NCBI GenBank assembly: GCA_008364125.1
Contig: VSKZ01000001.1
Coordinates: 10,235-34,234 of the forward strand
Length of the DNA stretch: 24,000 bases
From: Candidatus Thioglobus sp.
Lineage (GTDB): Bacteria; Pseudomonadota; Gammaproteobacteria; PS1; Pseudothioglobaceae
Direction of reading: 5' to 3'
The notes below the pieces were generated by a model. That model ran no database searches. It had not been told where the DNA came from and saw only the letters and a list, made by a program, of their open reading frames with translations. The translations under genes were made by a program, and so were the position numbers. Positions 8,797 through 16,917 of the stretch are shown here, piece by piece; positions within the stretch are counted from its first letter, which is position 1, and every line of letters starts with the position of its first letter.

Positions 8797-9072
8797 TTAA
8801 TTATTTACAACTTCTTTAAGCTCTTTGCCTGGCTTAAAAAATGGCATAAATTTTGCATCAACTTGAGTTTTTTCGCCAGTTTTTGGGTTGACTCCAAGGC
8901 GTGCGGCTTTATGCTTTATGCCAAAGCTACCAAAGCCTCTCACTTCAACGCCTGTGCCGCTAACAATAGCATCAGTAAGAGTTGTCAAAATAGTGTCAAC
9001 GCAAGTTTTTATCTCTGCTTTAGATAGCGATTGTTGCTCTGCTAAATCAATAACAAGGTCAGTTTTTTTCAA
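8797..9072 (-). CDS. ihfB: integration host factor subunit beta / HU-family DNA-binding protein
   Basis: 91 aa; TTG start. 'VEVRGFGSFGIKHKAARLGVNPKTGEKTQVDAKFMPFFKPGKELKEVVN'. Located immediately downstream of rpsA, as is ihfB in gammaproteobacteria. Confidence 0.88.
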   Translation of the reverse strand: MKKTDLVIDLAEQQSLSKAEIKTCVDTILTTLTDAIVSGTGVEVRGFGSFGIKHKAARLGVNPKTGEKTQVDAKFMPFFKPGKELKEVVNN

Positions 9073-9074
9073 AA

Positions 9075-10748
9075 CTATTTCTTCGCTTGTTTAAGTAAAT
9101 CTCCCAAAGTAGCACCCTCTACTTCGTCAGAAGACTGCTTATTGTAGTCTTCCATTGCTGCTTTTTCTTCGGCAGAATCTTTGGCTTTGATACTCACAGA
9201 AATATTGCGAGATTTTCTGTCAACATTTACAATTGACACTTCAATTTCATCGCCAACTTTCAAGGCAGTTGTTGCATCTTCAATTCTTTCTTCGGCAATT
9301 TCACCAGCTTTCAAGTAGCCGCTAATATCTTCTGCCAAGGTAACCACTGCCCCTTTAGGGGTAACTTCAGCAACAGTTGCTTTGACGATTGAGCCTTTTT
9401 TGTTCAAAGAAGTATAAGTCATAAAGTCGTCTTCTTCCAATTGTTTAACGCCCAAAGAAATTCGCTCTTTTTCGGCATCAACATTGAGGATGATTACTTC
9501 AAGTTCTTGGCCTTTGCTATAATTGGAAACCAGCTCGTCTGCTGGCAGTTTTTCCCAAGAAATATCTGCCAAGTGAATCAGACCATCAATGCCGCCAGTA
9601 AGCCCGACAAACAAGCCAAAGTCAGTAATTGATTTGACTACAACGCTAATTTTGTCGCCCTTATTATGAGTGGCTTCAAATGCTTCCCAAGGGTTCTCTT
9701 GCGCCTGTTTCATTGATAATGAAATACGGTGTTTGGACTCCTGAACATCCAAAACAACCACATCTACTTCTTGCCCCAATTTGACAATTTTGGAAGGGCG
9801 GGCGTTGGCGTTTGTCCAATCCATTTCGGAAACATGCACCAAGCCTTCAACGCCTGTTTCAATGCGCACAAATACTCCATAATCGGTGAGATTTGAAACC
9901 GTGCCTGCAACTTTTTTGCCAAGTGGCAAACGCTCAGAAATATTTTCCCAAGGGCTTTTTGTTAGTTGTTTAAGCCCTAATGAAACGCGCATTTTTTCTT
10001 TGTCGTAGTTGAGAATTTTGACTGTTATTTTGTCGCCAATTGTCAATTGTTCGGATGGGTGATTGACGCGTTGCCATGAAATATCGGTGATATGAAGCAA
10101 ACCATCAACACCTCCAAGGTCAACAAATGCGCCATAATCTGCAAGGTTTTTAACGATGCCTTCAATTTCTTGACCGTCTTCAAGCCCTTCAAGCAACGCC
10201 TCTCTATCTGCGGAATTTGCCTCTTGCATAACTGCTTTTCTGGAAATAACGATGTTGTTGCGAACCTCATCCATTTTGATAACAATCGCCTCAATCTCTT
10301 GCCCAGTAAGGAATGCGAAGTCTTTAACCGGATGAGTGTCAACTAACGATCCGGGTAAAAATGCTTTAACAACGCCAATATCAACAGTCAAACCACCTTT
10401 AACCGCGCCAGTAACGATGCCTTTGACAACTTCTTTTTGATTCATTGCAAGTTCTAATGTATGCCACAGCTTGATGCGTTTGGCTTTTTCACGAGATAAT
10501 AAAGTATGCCCAAGCCCGTCATCAATGGATTCTAACGCAACTTCCACGACATCGCCTTCGACTATTTCCAGCTCGCCTTTATGGTCTTTGAATTGGTCTA
10601 AAGGAATAAATGCTTCTGATTTTAATCCTACATTGATAACGGCTTTTTCACGATTTATGGCAACCACTGTGCCCATTAATAGTGCGCCGACTTTGACGCT
10701 TTGTTGTTCTACGCTATTTTCAAATAGCTCTGCAAATGATTCTGACAT
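9075..10748 (-). CDS. rpsA: 30S ribosomal protein S1
   Basis: 557 aa with repeated S1 domains ('G.V..LTDYGVFV.IETGVEGLVHVSEM', 'GTVKN...GAFVDLGGVDGLLHITDISW'). Confidence 0.97.
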   Translation of the reverse strand: MSESFAELFENSVEQQSVKVGALLMGTVVAINREKAVINVGLKSEAFIPLDQFKDHKGELEIVEGDVVEVALESIDDGLGHTLLSREKAKRIKLWHTLELAMNQKEVVKGIVTGAVKGGLTVDIGVVKAFLPGSLVDTHPVKDFAFLTGQEIEAIVIKMDEVRNNIVISRKAVMQEANSADREALLEGLEDGQEIEGIVKNLADYGAFVDLGGVDGLLHITDISWQRVNHPSEQLTIGDKITVKILNYDKEKMRVSLGLKQLTKSPWENISERLPLGKKVAGTVSNLTDYGVFVRIETGVEGLVHVSEMDWTNANARPSKIVKLGQEVDVVVLDVQESKHRISLSMKQAQENPWEAFEATHNKGDKISVVVKSITDFGLFVGLTGGIDGLIHLADISWEKLPADELVSNYSKGQELEVIILNVDAEKERISLGVKQLEEDDFMTYTSLNKKGSIVKATVAEVTPKGAVVTLAEDISGYLKAGEIAEERIEDATTALKVGDEIEVSIVNVDRKSRNISVSIKAKDSAEEKAAMEDYNKQSSDEVEGATLGDLLKQAKK

Positions 10749-10837
10749 ATTTTTATTTATTGATATTGACCGCTAAAAAATCCAACAACGGTATAAGTTG
10801 GCATTTATCGGATGTATTATTAAAAAAGTCTGACCGC

Positions 10838-11512
10838 TCAGGCTTTGGTTTTTGTTACTAATTCGCTTACTTTTTCAATCACCTCATCTATGGAAATATC
10901 AGTGGTGTCAATAGTTAAAGCATCTTCAGCAGGAATTAAAGGTGAGTTTTTACGAAATCTATCTCGCTCATCTCGCCTCTGCACATCTTCCAAGATTTGC
11001 GAAATTATACCAGCAGTGCCTTGCGCTTGCAATTGTTTTAAGCGCCTTTTTGCTCGCTCATCCGCACTTGCGGTCAAAAACACTTTGAAAGGCGCTTTAT
11101 CAAAAACCACTGTGCCCATATCACGCCCGTCTGCTACCAGCCCTGGAACTTGTGCAAAGCCTCGCTGCCGCTTTAATAATGCTGAACGCACCGAGCCGAT
11201 TGTGGCAATTTTTGATGCCATTTCGCCGACTTTTTCGGTGCGCAAGTTTTTTGATACTTCTTTGCCCGCCAAAAACACGCTGACCAACTCGCTGCCAGCC
11301 TCGGTTTTAAAAGACAAATCAAACTTAGATGCAACTTCTGCCAGCGCCGCTTCATCGGCAATATCAACGCCACTATCAAAAACTACCAAAGCAAAGGCGC
11401 GATAAATTGCCCCAGAATCAAGCAAATTCCAGCCCAATTTTTGCGCCATCAGCCGCGCCACTGTGCCTTTGCCCACGCCGCTCGGGCCGTCAATGGTCAA
11501 AATATTATTCAC
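10838..11512 (-). CDS. cmk: cytidylate kinase
   Basis: 'ILTIDGPSGVGKGTVARLMAQKLGWNLLDSGAIYRAFAL', 'VADGRDMGTVVFDKAPFKVFLTASADERAKRR'. Upstream of rpsA as in gammaproteobacteria. Confidence 0.96.
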   Translation of the reverse strand: MNNILTIDGPSGVGKGTVARLMAQKLGWNLLDSGAIYRAFALVVFDSGVDIADEAALAEVASKFDLSFKTEAGSELVSVFLAGKEVSKNLRTEKVGEMASKIATIGSVRSALLKRQRGFAQVPGLVADGRDMGTVVFDKAPFKVFLTASADERAKRRLKQLQAQGTAGIISQILEDVQRRDERDRFRKNSPLIPAEDALTIDTTDISIDEVIEKVSELVTKTKA

Positions 11513-11847
11513 TCTTTGACCCCTCTAAATTCCGAAACGCGAATTTTGCCATTCACCATTTTGGACTTGCGCTGATTAATTTTTTCCAACTTTTGCCAAA
11601 ACGCTTCATTCAAATCAAAATCGCCGCTAATCGCCGTCCCTATCAACAAAATCAGCAAATCTGCCGACTCCTCTGCCAAATCTTTTTTAGCCTTCCCCTT
11701 AGTCACGCAAGCCGATATTTCCCCCAACTCCTCTGCCATCAACGCCACCCGATAAGCCAAATCCTCACCACCATTATTTTTAAAATCGTGTTTATCATGA
11801 AAAGCCTGAATGTTTTTTAACATTTCTTTGTAGGAATCTTTATTCAT
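11509..11847 (-). CDS. MazG-like nucleotide pyrophosphohydrolase
   Basis: 112 aa; 'MAEELGEISACVTKGKAKKDLAEESADLLILLIGTA' matches the EExxE...ExxD metal-binding pattern of all-alpha NTP pyrophosphohydrolases. Confidence 0.85.
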   Translation of the reverse strand: MNKDSYKEMLKNIQAFHDKHDFKNNGGEDLAYRVALMAEELGEISACVTKGKAKKDLAEESADLLILLIGTAISGDFDLNEAFWQKLEKINQRKSKMVNGKIRVSEFRGVKE

Positions 11848-11891
11848 TTGCTTCCTTTACTTTTTTATTATTGTATTTACTTTCTGGCATT

Positions 11892-13382
11892 TTATTTAGC
11901 CTCTGGTTTCATCTGCGGAAATAACAACACATCGCGAATTGAGGGCGAGTCGGTGAATAACATAACTAAGCGGTCTATGCCGATGCCTTCGCCGGCGGTT
12001 GGAGGCATACCATATTCTAAGGCGCGGATGTAGTCGCTGTCATAGTGCATTGCTTCGTCATCGCCGGCAGCTTTTTCTGCGGCTTGCTGCCCGAAGCGAT
12101 CGGCTTGGTCTTCGGCATCGTTGAGCTCGGAAAATCCATTAGCAATTTCATACCCGCCGATGAATAATTCAAAGCGGTCGGTGATGAATGGATTATCGTC
12201 ATTGCGCCGTGCAAGCGGAGAAACTTCGGTCGGATATTCGGTGATAAAAGTTGGCTGGATGAGTTTTTCTTCCACTGTGGCTTCAAAAATTTCAATTTGA
12301 ATCTTGCCCAAACCCCAAGAATCTTTGACTTCAATTCTGAGTTTTTTGGCAGTGGCTTTTATTTTTTCCTCGCTCAAATCATCAGCACTTAAATTTGGAT
12401 TAAATTGCAAAATTGAGTCAAACATACTGATGCGCAAAAATGGCTGAGAAAAATCCAGCTCGGCATTTTGATAATTGATTTTTGTATTGCCGCAAATATC
12501 TGCTGCTATGCTTCTTAGCAAGTTTTCGCTGAGATCCATCAGCTCAATATAAGTGGCATAAGCTTGGTAAAATTCAATCATCGTAAATTCTGGATTATGG
12601 CGGGTGGAAAGCCCTTCGTTTCTGAAATTGCGATTAATCTCAAACACCCTATCCATCCCGCCTACAACAAGGCGTTTGAGGTAAAGTTCGGGAGCAATGC
12701 GCAAAAACATTTGCATATCAAGTGCGTTATGATGAGTTTCAAATGGCTTGGCAGTAGCGCCGCCGTGGATGCTTTGTAGCATCGGGGTTTCCACTTCTAT
12801 AAAATCATTTTCATTGAAAAAATTGCGAATATAGCTGATAATCTGGCTGCGTCTTTTGAAGGTATTACGCGAATTTTCGTTCATAATTAAATCCACATAG
12901 CGCTGGCGATAGCGGATTTCTTGGTCGTTCAAACCGTGAAATTTTTCTGGCAATGGGCGTAGAGATTTGGTCAGCAATTTTAGCTCTTTGACGCGCACCG
13001 ATAACTCGCCAACTTTGGTTTTAAACAGCACTCCATTCGCGCCAATAATATCGCCAATGTCCCATTTTTTAAACTGCTCATTGTAGAAATTTTCTGCCAA
13101 TTCATCGCGAGTAATAAATAGCTGGATTTGCCCGCTTGTGTCTTGAATATGGGCAAAACTCGCCTTTCCCATCACCCTTTTTAGCATCATCCGCCCAGCG
13201 ATTGCAACTTCAATATTCTTGCCTTCAAGTTCTTCTTTGGAAAATTTCCCGAATTCTGCTAGGATATTTTTAGCAAAATTTTTGGGTTTAAAATCATTGA
13301 CAAACGGATTGCCTTTTTCTCTTAAAACTGCTAATTTTGCCCTTCTTTCGCTGATTAATTTATTGTCGTCTTGAATGTCCAT
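11892..13382 (-). CDS. lysS: lysyl-tRNA synthetase, class II
   Basis: 496 aa; '[19 protein letters not shown]', '[12 protein letters not shown]', '[59 protein letters not shown]', and motif 3 '[12 protein letters not shown]'. Confidence 0.97.
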   Translation of the reverse strand: MDIQDDNKLISERRAKLAVLREKGNPFVNDFKPKNFAKNILAEFGKFSKEELEGKNIEVAIAGRMMLKRVMGKASFAHIQDTSGQIQLFITRDELAENFYNEQFKKWDIGDIIGANGVLFKTKVGELSVRVKELKLLTKSLRPLPEKFHGLNDQEIRYRQRYVDLIMNENSRNTFKRRSQIISYIRNFFNENDFIEVETPMLQSIHGGATAKPFETHHNALDMQMFLRIAPELYLKRLVVGGMDRVFEINRNFRNEGLSTRHNPEFTMIEFYQAYATYIELMDLSENLLRSIAADICGNTKINYQNAELDFSQPFLRISMFDSILQFNPNLSADDLSEEKIKATAKKLRIEVKDSWGLGKIQIEIFEATVEEKLIQPTFITEYPTEVSPLARRNDDNPFITDRFELFIGGYEIANGFSELNDAEDQADRFGQQAAEKAAGDDEAMHYDSDYIRALEYGMPPTAGEGIGIDRLVMLFTDSPSIRDVLLFPQMKPEAK

Positions 13383-13388
13383 ATTTCC

Positions 13389-14054
13389 TTATAGTTGTGC
13401 TTGTTTTCTCTCTAAATCTTGCTGTGCCAGTATTTTTGCCTTGTTTAAGTCGCTCTGAGATTCTACATTTTTGCCCATTTTTTTGAGCAAAGTCCCACGA
13501 TTATAATAGGCTTGATAAAAATTTGCGTCTAATTCAATGGCTTTTGACAAATCTTTATAAGCCAAATCATCTTTTGCTAATTTTAAAAACGCATTGCCAC
13601 GGTTATAAACAGCAGCAATGTAATTTTCGTCTAATTTTACCGCCTCAGTGTAGGCATCAATCGCTTCTTGTGTTTTTTCTAGCCTATCATAGCAATTACC
13701 GAGATTATTAAATGCACCATAATCTTTATTATTGAGTGCTAACGCCTGCTGTAAATACTCAATAGAGCTGTCAAAATCGGATTTTTCTTGCGCCATAGCC
13801 GCCAAACAAAAATACGCCTCACTACTATTAGTATTAGCCTTTATCGCATTTAGCATACTTTCAAGCGCCAAATCATCACTGCCCTGCTGCTGATGTATAT
13901 GGCCTAAACTTAGGTGCGCATTCGCCTTCAAATTTTTATCCGCATCCTTGTGATTGAGCAAACCATTCCACGCCACAATAGCCCCCGACAGATCGCCTGT
14001 TTTTTGACAATCATAAGCCTGAACCATTAAATTACTCAGCTGTTTGCTGCTCAT
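13389..14054 (-). CDS. TPR-repeat protein, possibly involved in cytochrome c maturation
   Basis: Multiple tetratricopeptide repeats (e.g. 'NYIAAVYNRGNAFLKLAKDDLAYKDLSKAIELDANFYQAYYNRGTLLKKMGK'). ATGA overlap with ccmH. Confidence 0.85.
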   Translation of the reverse strand: MSSKQLSNLMVQAYDCQKTGDLSGAIVAWNGLLNHKDADKNLKANAHLSLGHIHQQQGSDDLALESMLNAIKANTNSSEAYFCLAAMAQEKSDFDSSIEYLQQALALNNKDYGAFNNLGNCYDRLEKTQEAIDAYTEAVKLDENYIAAVYNRGNAFLKLAKDDLAYKDLSKAIELDANFYQAYYNRGTLLKKMGKNVESQSDLNKAKILAQQDLERKQAQL

Positions 14055-14509
14055 TTGAGCAAATCCTTAGCTTTGATAGTGTCTATTTCAGGTGAATTTT
14101 GCTGATGATGAAATGAGCGGATGAACAAAAACAAGGCGATTGCTAAAAATCCAAATGGTAAAAACCACAAAAGATAGGTATTTTTATTGACTGGCGGCTT
14201 AAACACCACATAATTACCATAACGAGCCACCATAAATTCGCGAATATTGTCGTTATTTTTGCCGCTCAAAATCAGCTCTTTAACCTTGTCTCTCAAATCA
14301 TTTGCCAATTCTGCATTTGAGCCGCCGATGCTTTGCCCTTGACACACAGGGCAGCGAATTTCGTCAATCAAATCCTGATAGCGCCGCTCTTGTTTGGCAC
14401 TTGCAAAACTACTAACCTCAATACTTTGGGCAAAAGTAGTGCTAATAAGTGTTAATAACAATAAAAATTGAATAAAATAGCGCACAATGTTCGCAAAATC
14501 TGTTTTCAT
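14051..14509 (-). CDS. ccmH: cytochrome c-type biogenesis protein CcmH
   Basis: Signal peptide, 'DEIRCPVCQGQSIGGSNAELANDLRDKVKELI..GK....I..FMVARYGNYVVFKPP', and a C-terminal TM segment. Confidence 0.95.
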   Translation of the reverse strand: MKTDFANIVRYFIQFLLLLTLISTTFAQSIEVSSFASAKQERRYQDLIDEIRCPVCQGQSIGGSNAELANDLRDKVKELILSGKNNDNIREFMVARYGNYVVFKPPVNKNTYLLWFLPFGFLAIALFLFIRSFHHQQNSPEIDTIKAKDLLK

Positions 14510-14530
14510 AAAAATAAATAATTTTAACCT

Positions 14531-16387
14531 ATGCCGCTAATTACGCTTGATAATATTTCTCTTAATTTTTCTGAGAAACTAATCCTAAATGAGATTAGTG
14601 CCACTATTTTAAAGGGCGATAAAATTGCGCTAATCGGGCGTAATGGCGAAGGTAAATCAACTTTTATGCGCCTGTTAGCTGGAGTAATTGAGCCAGATGA
14701 TGGCGAGATTAAAACCAAAAATAACACCAAAATTAGCTACCTTGAACAAGCTCCGCCAGAAGATAAAGGCAAGTGTTTGTTTGATATTGTGGCGCAGGGT
14801 TTGGGCAATATTGGCGCTATTTTAAGCAAATATCGACAATTGCTGGCAGAGCAAAAAGAAGAGGCAACAGCAAAGTTGCAAGAGGAAATTGACCATTTAG
14901 ACGGCTGGCAATATTTTCACAAAATTGAAAGCATTCTAAATCGCTTTAACCTTGATCCAGAAGCGACTTTGTCCACTTTATCTGGTGGCTGGCGAAGGCG
15001 AGTGATGCTGGCGAGGGCGCTGGTGCGTGAGCCAAATATCCTACTGCTGGACGAGCCGACCAACCATATGGACATCAGCGCTATTCTTGATTTAGAAAAA
15101 ATGCTCAAAGACTATAACGCAACTTTGGTGCTGATTAGCCACGACCGAGCCTTTATTGCCGGCATTGTTAACAAAGTTTTTGACCTTGACCGTGGCAATT
15201 TATCAGTGTTTGAATGCGGCTATAACGACTATATAAAACGCAAAGACAGCCTGCTAAATTCAGAAAACTTGGCAAATCAAAGGTTTGACAAAAAACTCGC
15301 CCAAGAAGAAACTTGGATTCGTCAAGGCATAAAAGCCAGAAGAACCCGCAACGAAGGGCGAGTTCGCGCCTTGCAAGAAATGCGTAAAAACTTTATAAGT
15401 CGCCGGCAAAAGCAAGGAAAAATCAAAATTCATTCAGTGGCAGAAGACGAAAAACGCGCCTCTAAATTGGTGTTTGAAGTCAAAAAAATATCCTATTCAA
15501 TTGCCGATTTACAGCTGGTTTCAGATTTTTCTATGCTGGTATTAAAAGGCGAAAAAATCGGCATTATTGGCGGCAATGGCTCTGGAAAATCCACTTTCAT
15601 CAAATTATTACTTGGCGAATTGCAGGAAGATAGCGGCAGCATTCGCCGTTCAAAAACCATCAAATTGGCATATTTTGACCAAATGCGTGAGCTGTTAGAT
15701 GGCAATATGAAGGCGATGGATTTTGTCTCCGGCGGCAGTGACCATATCAATATCGGCGGTAAAAGTAAGCATATAATCGGCTATTTGCGCCAGTTTTTAT
15801 TCACTGGAAAGCAGGCAATGGCACCGATTAAAATGTTTTCTGGCGGCGAGAAAAATCGCCTGATGTTGGCAAAAATACTCTCTCAGCCCGCCAATTTATT
15901 AGTGCTTGACGAGCCGACTAATGACCTTGATGTGGAGACTTTGGAATTGCTCGAAGAAATGCTGGTGGAATATAGTGGAACGCTGATTTTGATTTCGCAT
16001 GATAGAACCTTTTTAAACAATGTAGTTGGCTCAACTATTGTGATGGATGGAGACGGGGTAATCAACCAATATGCTGGCGGTTATGATGATTATTTACTGC
16101 AAAAACAAAGCGTTTTAGATGACAAAACCAGCAGCAAAAATAAGACAAAAACCGAGCAAAAATCAAGCAAAAAATCAAGCAAAAAACTCACTTATAAGCA
16201 GCAACAAGAGTTGACGATTTTGCCGCAAAAAATAGAAAAAACCGAGCTTGAAATAGGTGAAATACAAGCAAAATTATCCGACACAAAATTTTTCAAATTG
16301 CCAGAAGCACAAGACGCATTAACCCGCCTCGCCAGATTGGAAGCGGATTTGCAGCGCTATTATGAAAAATGGAGTGAGTTAGAATGA
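14531..16387 (+). CDS. uup: ABC-F family ATPase, Uup-type
   Basis: 618 aa; two ABC cassettes ('ALIGRNGEGKSTFMRLLAG', 'LSGGWRRRVMLARALVREPNILLLDEPTNHMDI', 'IGGNGSGKSTFIKLLL', 'FSGGEKNRLMLAKILSQPANLLVLDEPTNDLDVETLELLE') and a charged C-terminal coiled coil. Confidence 0.92.
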   Translation: MPLITLDNISLNFSEKLILNEISATILKGDKIALIGRNGEGKSTFMRLLAGVIEPDDGEIKTKNNTKISYLEQAPPEDKGKCLFDIVAQGLGNIGAILSKYRQLLAEQKEEATAKLQEEIDHLDGWQYFHKIESILNRFNLDPEATLSTLSGGWRRRVMLARALVREPNILLLDEPTNHMDISAILDLEKMLKDYNATLVLISHDRAFIAGIVNKVFDLDRGNLSVFECGYNDYIKRKDSLLNSENLANQRFDKKLAQEETWIRQGIKARRTRNEGRVRALQEMRKNFISRRQKQGKIKIHSVAEDEKRASKLVFEVKKISYSIADLQLVSDFSMLVLKGEKIGIIGGNGSGKSTFIKLLLGELQEDSGSIRRSKTIKLAYFDQMRELLDGNMKAMDFVSGGSDHINIGGKSKHIIGYLRQFLFTGKQAMAPIKMFSGGEKNRLMLAKILSQPANLLVLDEPTNDLDVETLELLEEMLVEYSGTLILISHDRTFLNNVVGSTIVMDGDGVINQYAGGYDDYLLQKQSVLDDKTSSKNKTKTEQKSSKKSSKKLTYKQQQELTILPQKIEKTELEIGEIQAKLSDTKFFKLPEAQDALTRLARLEADLQRYYEKWSELE

Positions 16388-16917
16388 CCACGCTTATCGT
16401 TGATTTGGATCACACGCTGATTGACACCGATTTATTGTATGAATCCTCTATTGGCGCGCTTAAATCCAAGCCTTGGTTATTATTTATGTTGCCTTTTTGG
16501 TTTGGGCGCGGCAAGGGCTATCTCAAACACAAATTAGTGCAACATTTTCAAATTGATGCTGCCAAATTGCCTTACAATAAAACCACTATCAATTATATCA
16601 AAACCCGCAAAAAACAAGGCGATAAAGCCATTCTTGCAACCGCCTCACACGAATTTTACGCACTGGCAGTGGAAAAACATCTTGCACTTTTTGACGATGT
16701 AATGGCAAGTAACAAAGATTTCAACCTCTCTGGGGGTAACAAAGCTGGCAAATTAGTAGAGCGTTTTGGCGTCAAAGGCTTTGATTATATCGGCGACCAC
16801 AAACGCGATATTCCAGTATGGGAAGCGGCAAACTTGGCAATTTTGGTAAATGCATCCAAATCATTAATTAAAAAAACCCAGCATTTTAATCGGCTTATTT
16901 TGTCTAAAAAGAATTAG
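16384..16917 (+). CDS. HAD-IB family phosphatase-like protein
   Basis: 'LIVDLDHTLIDTDLLYES' (DxDxT), 'GDKAILATASHEFYALAVEKHLALFDDVMAS', 'GNKAGKLVERFGVKGFDYIGDHKRDIPVWEAA'. Confidence 0.85.
   Translation: MTTLIVDLDHTLIDTDLLYESSIGALKSKPWLLFMLPFWFGRGKGYLKHKLVQHFQIDAAKLPYNKTTINYIKTRKKQGDKAILATASHEFYALAVEKHLALFDDVMASNKDFNLSGGNKAGKLVERFGVKGFDYIGDHKRDIPVWEAANLAILVNASKSLIKKTQHFNRLILSKKN

Noticed and set aside
8779-9027. 82-aa plus-strand ORF opposite ihfB
   Set aside because: Antisense shadow of a well-supported ihfB reading frame, with no recognisable motif.
11173-11379. 68-aa minus-strand ORF (MIVALILPMKRRWQ...) inside cmk
   Set aside because: Out-of-frame same-strand shadow of cmk; composition is not convincing and cmk motifs are continuous across it.
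10845-11405. 186-aa plus-strand ORF across the cmk locus
   Set aside because: It is antisense to the clearly recognisable cmk gene and has low-complexity Ser/Thr/Ala-rich content typical of a shadow ORF.
11848-12033. 61-aa plus-strand ORF overlapping the lysS 3' end
   Set aside because: Mostly antisense to the conserved lysS C-terminus, with no domain signature.
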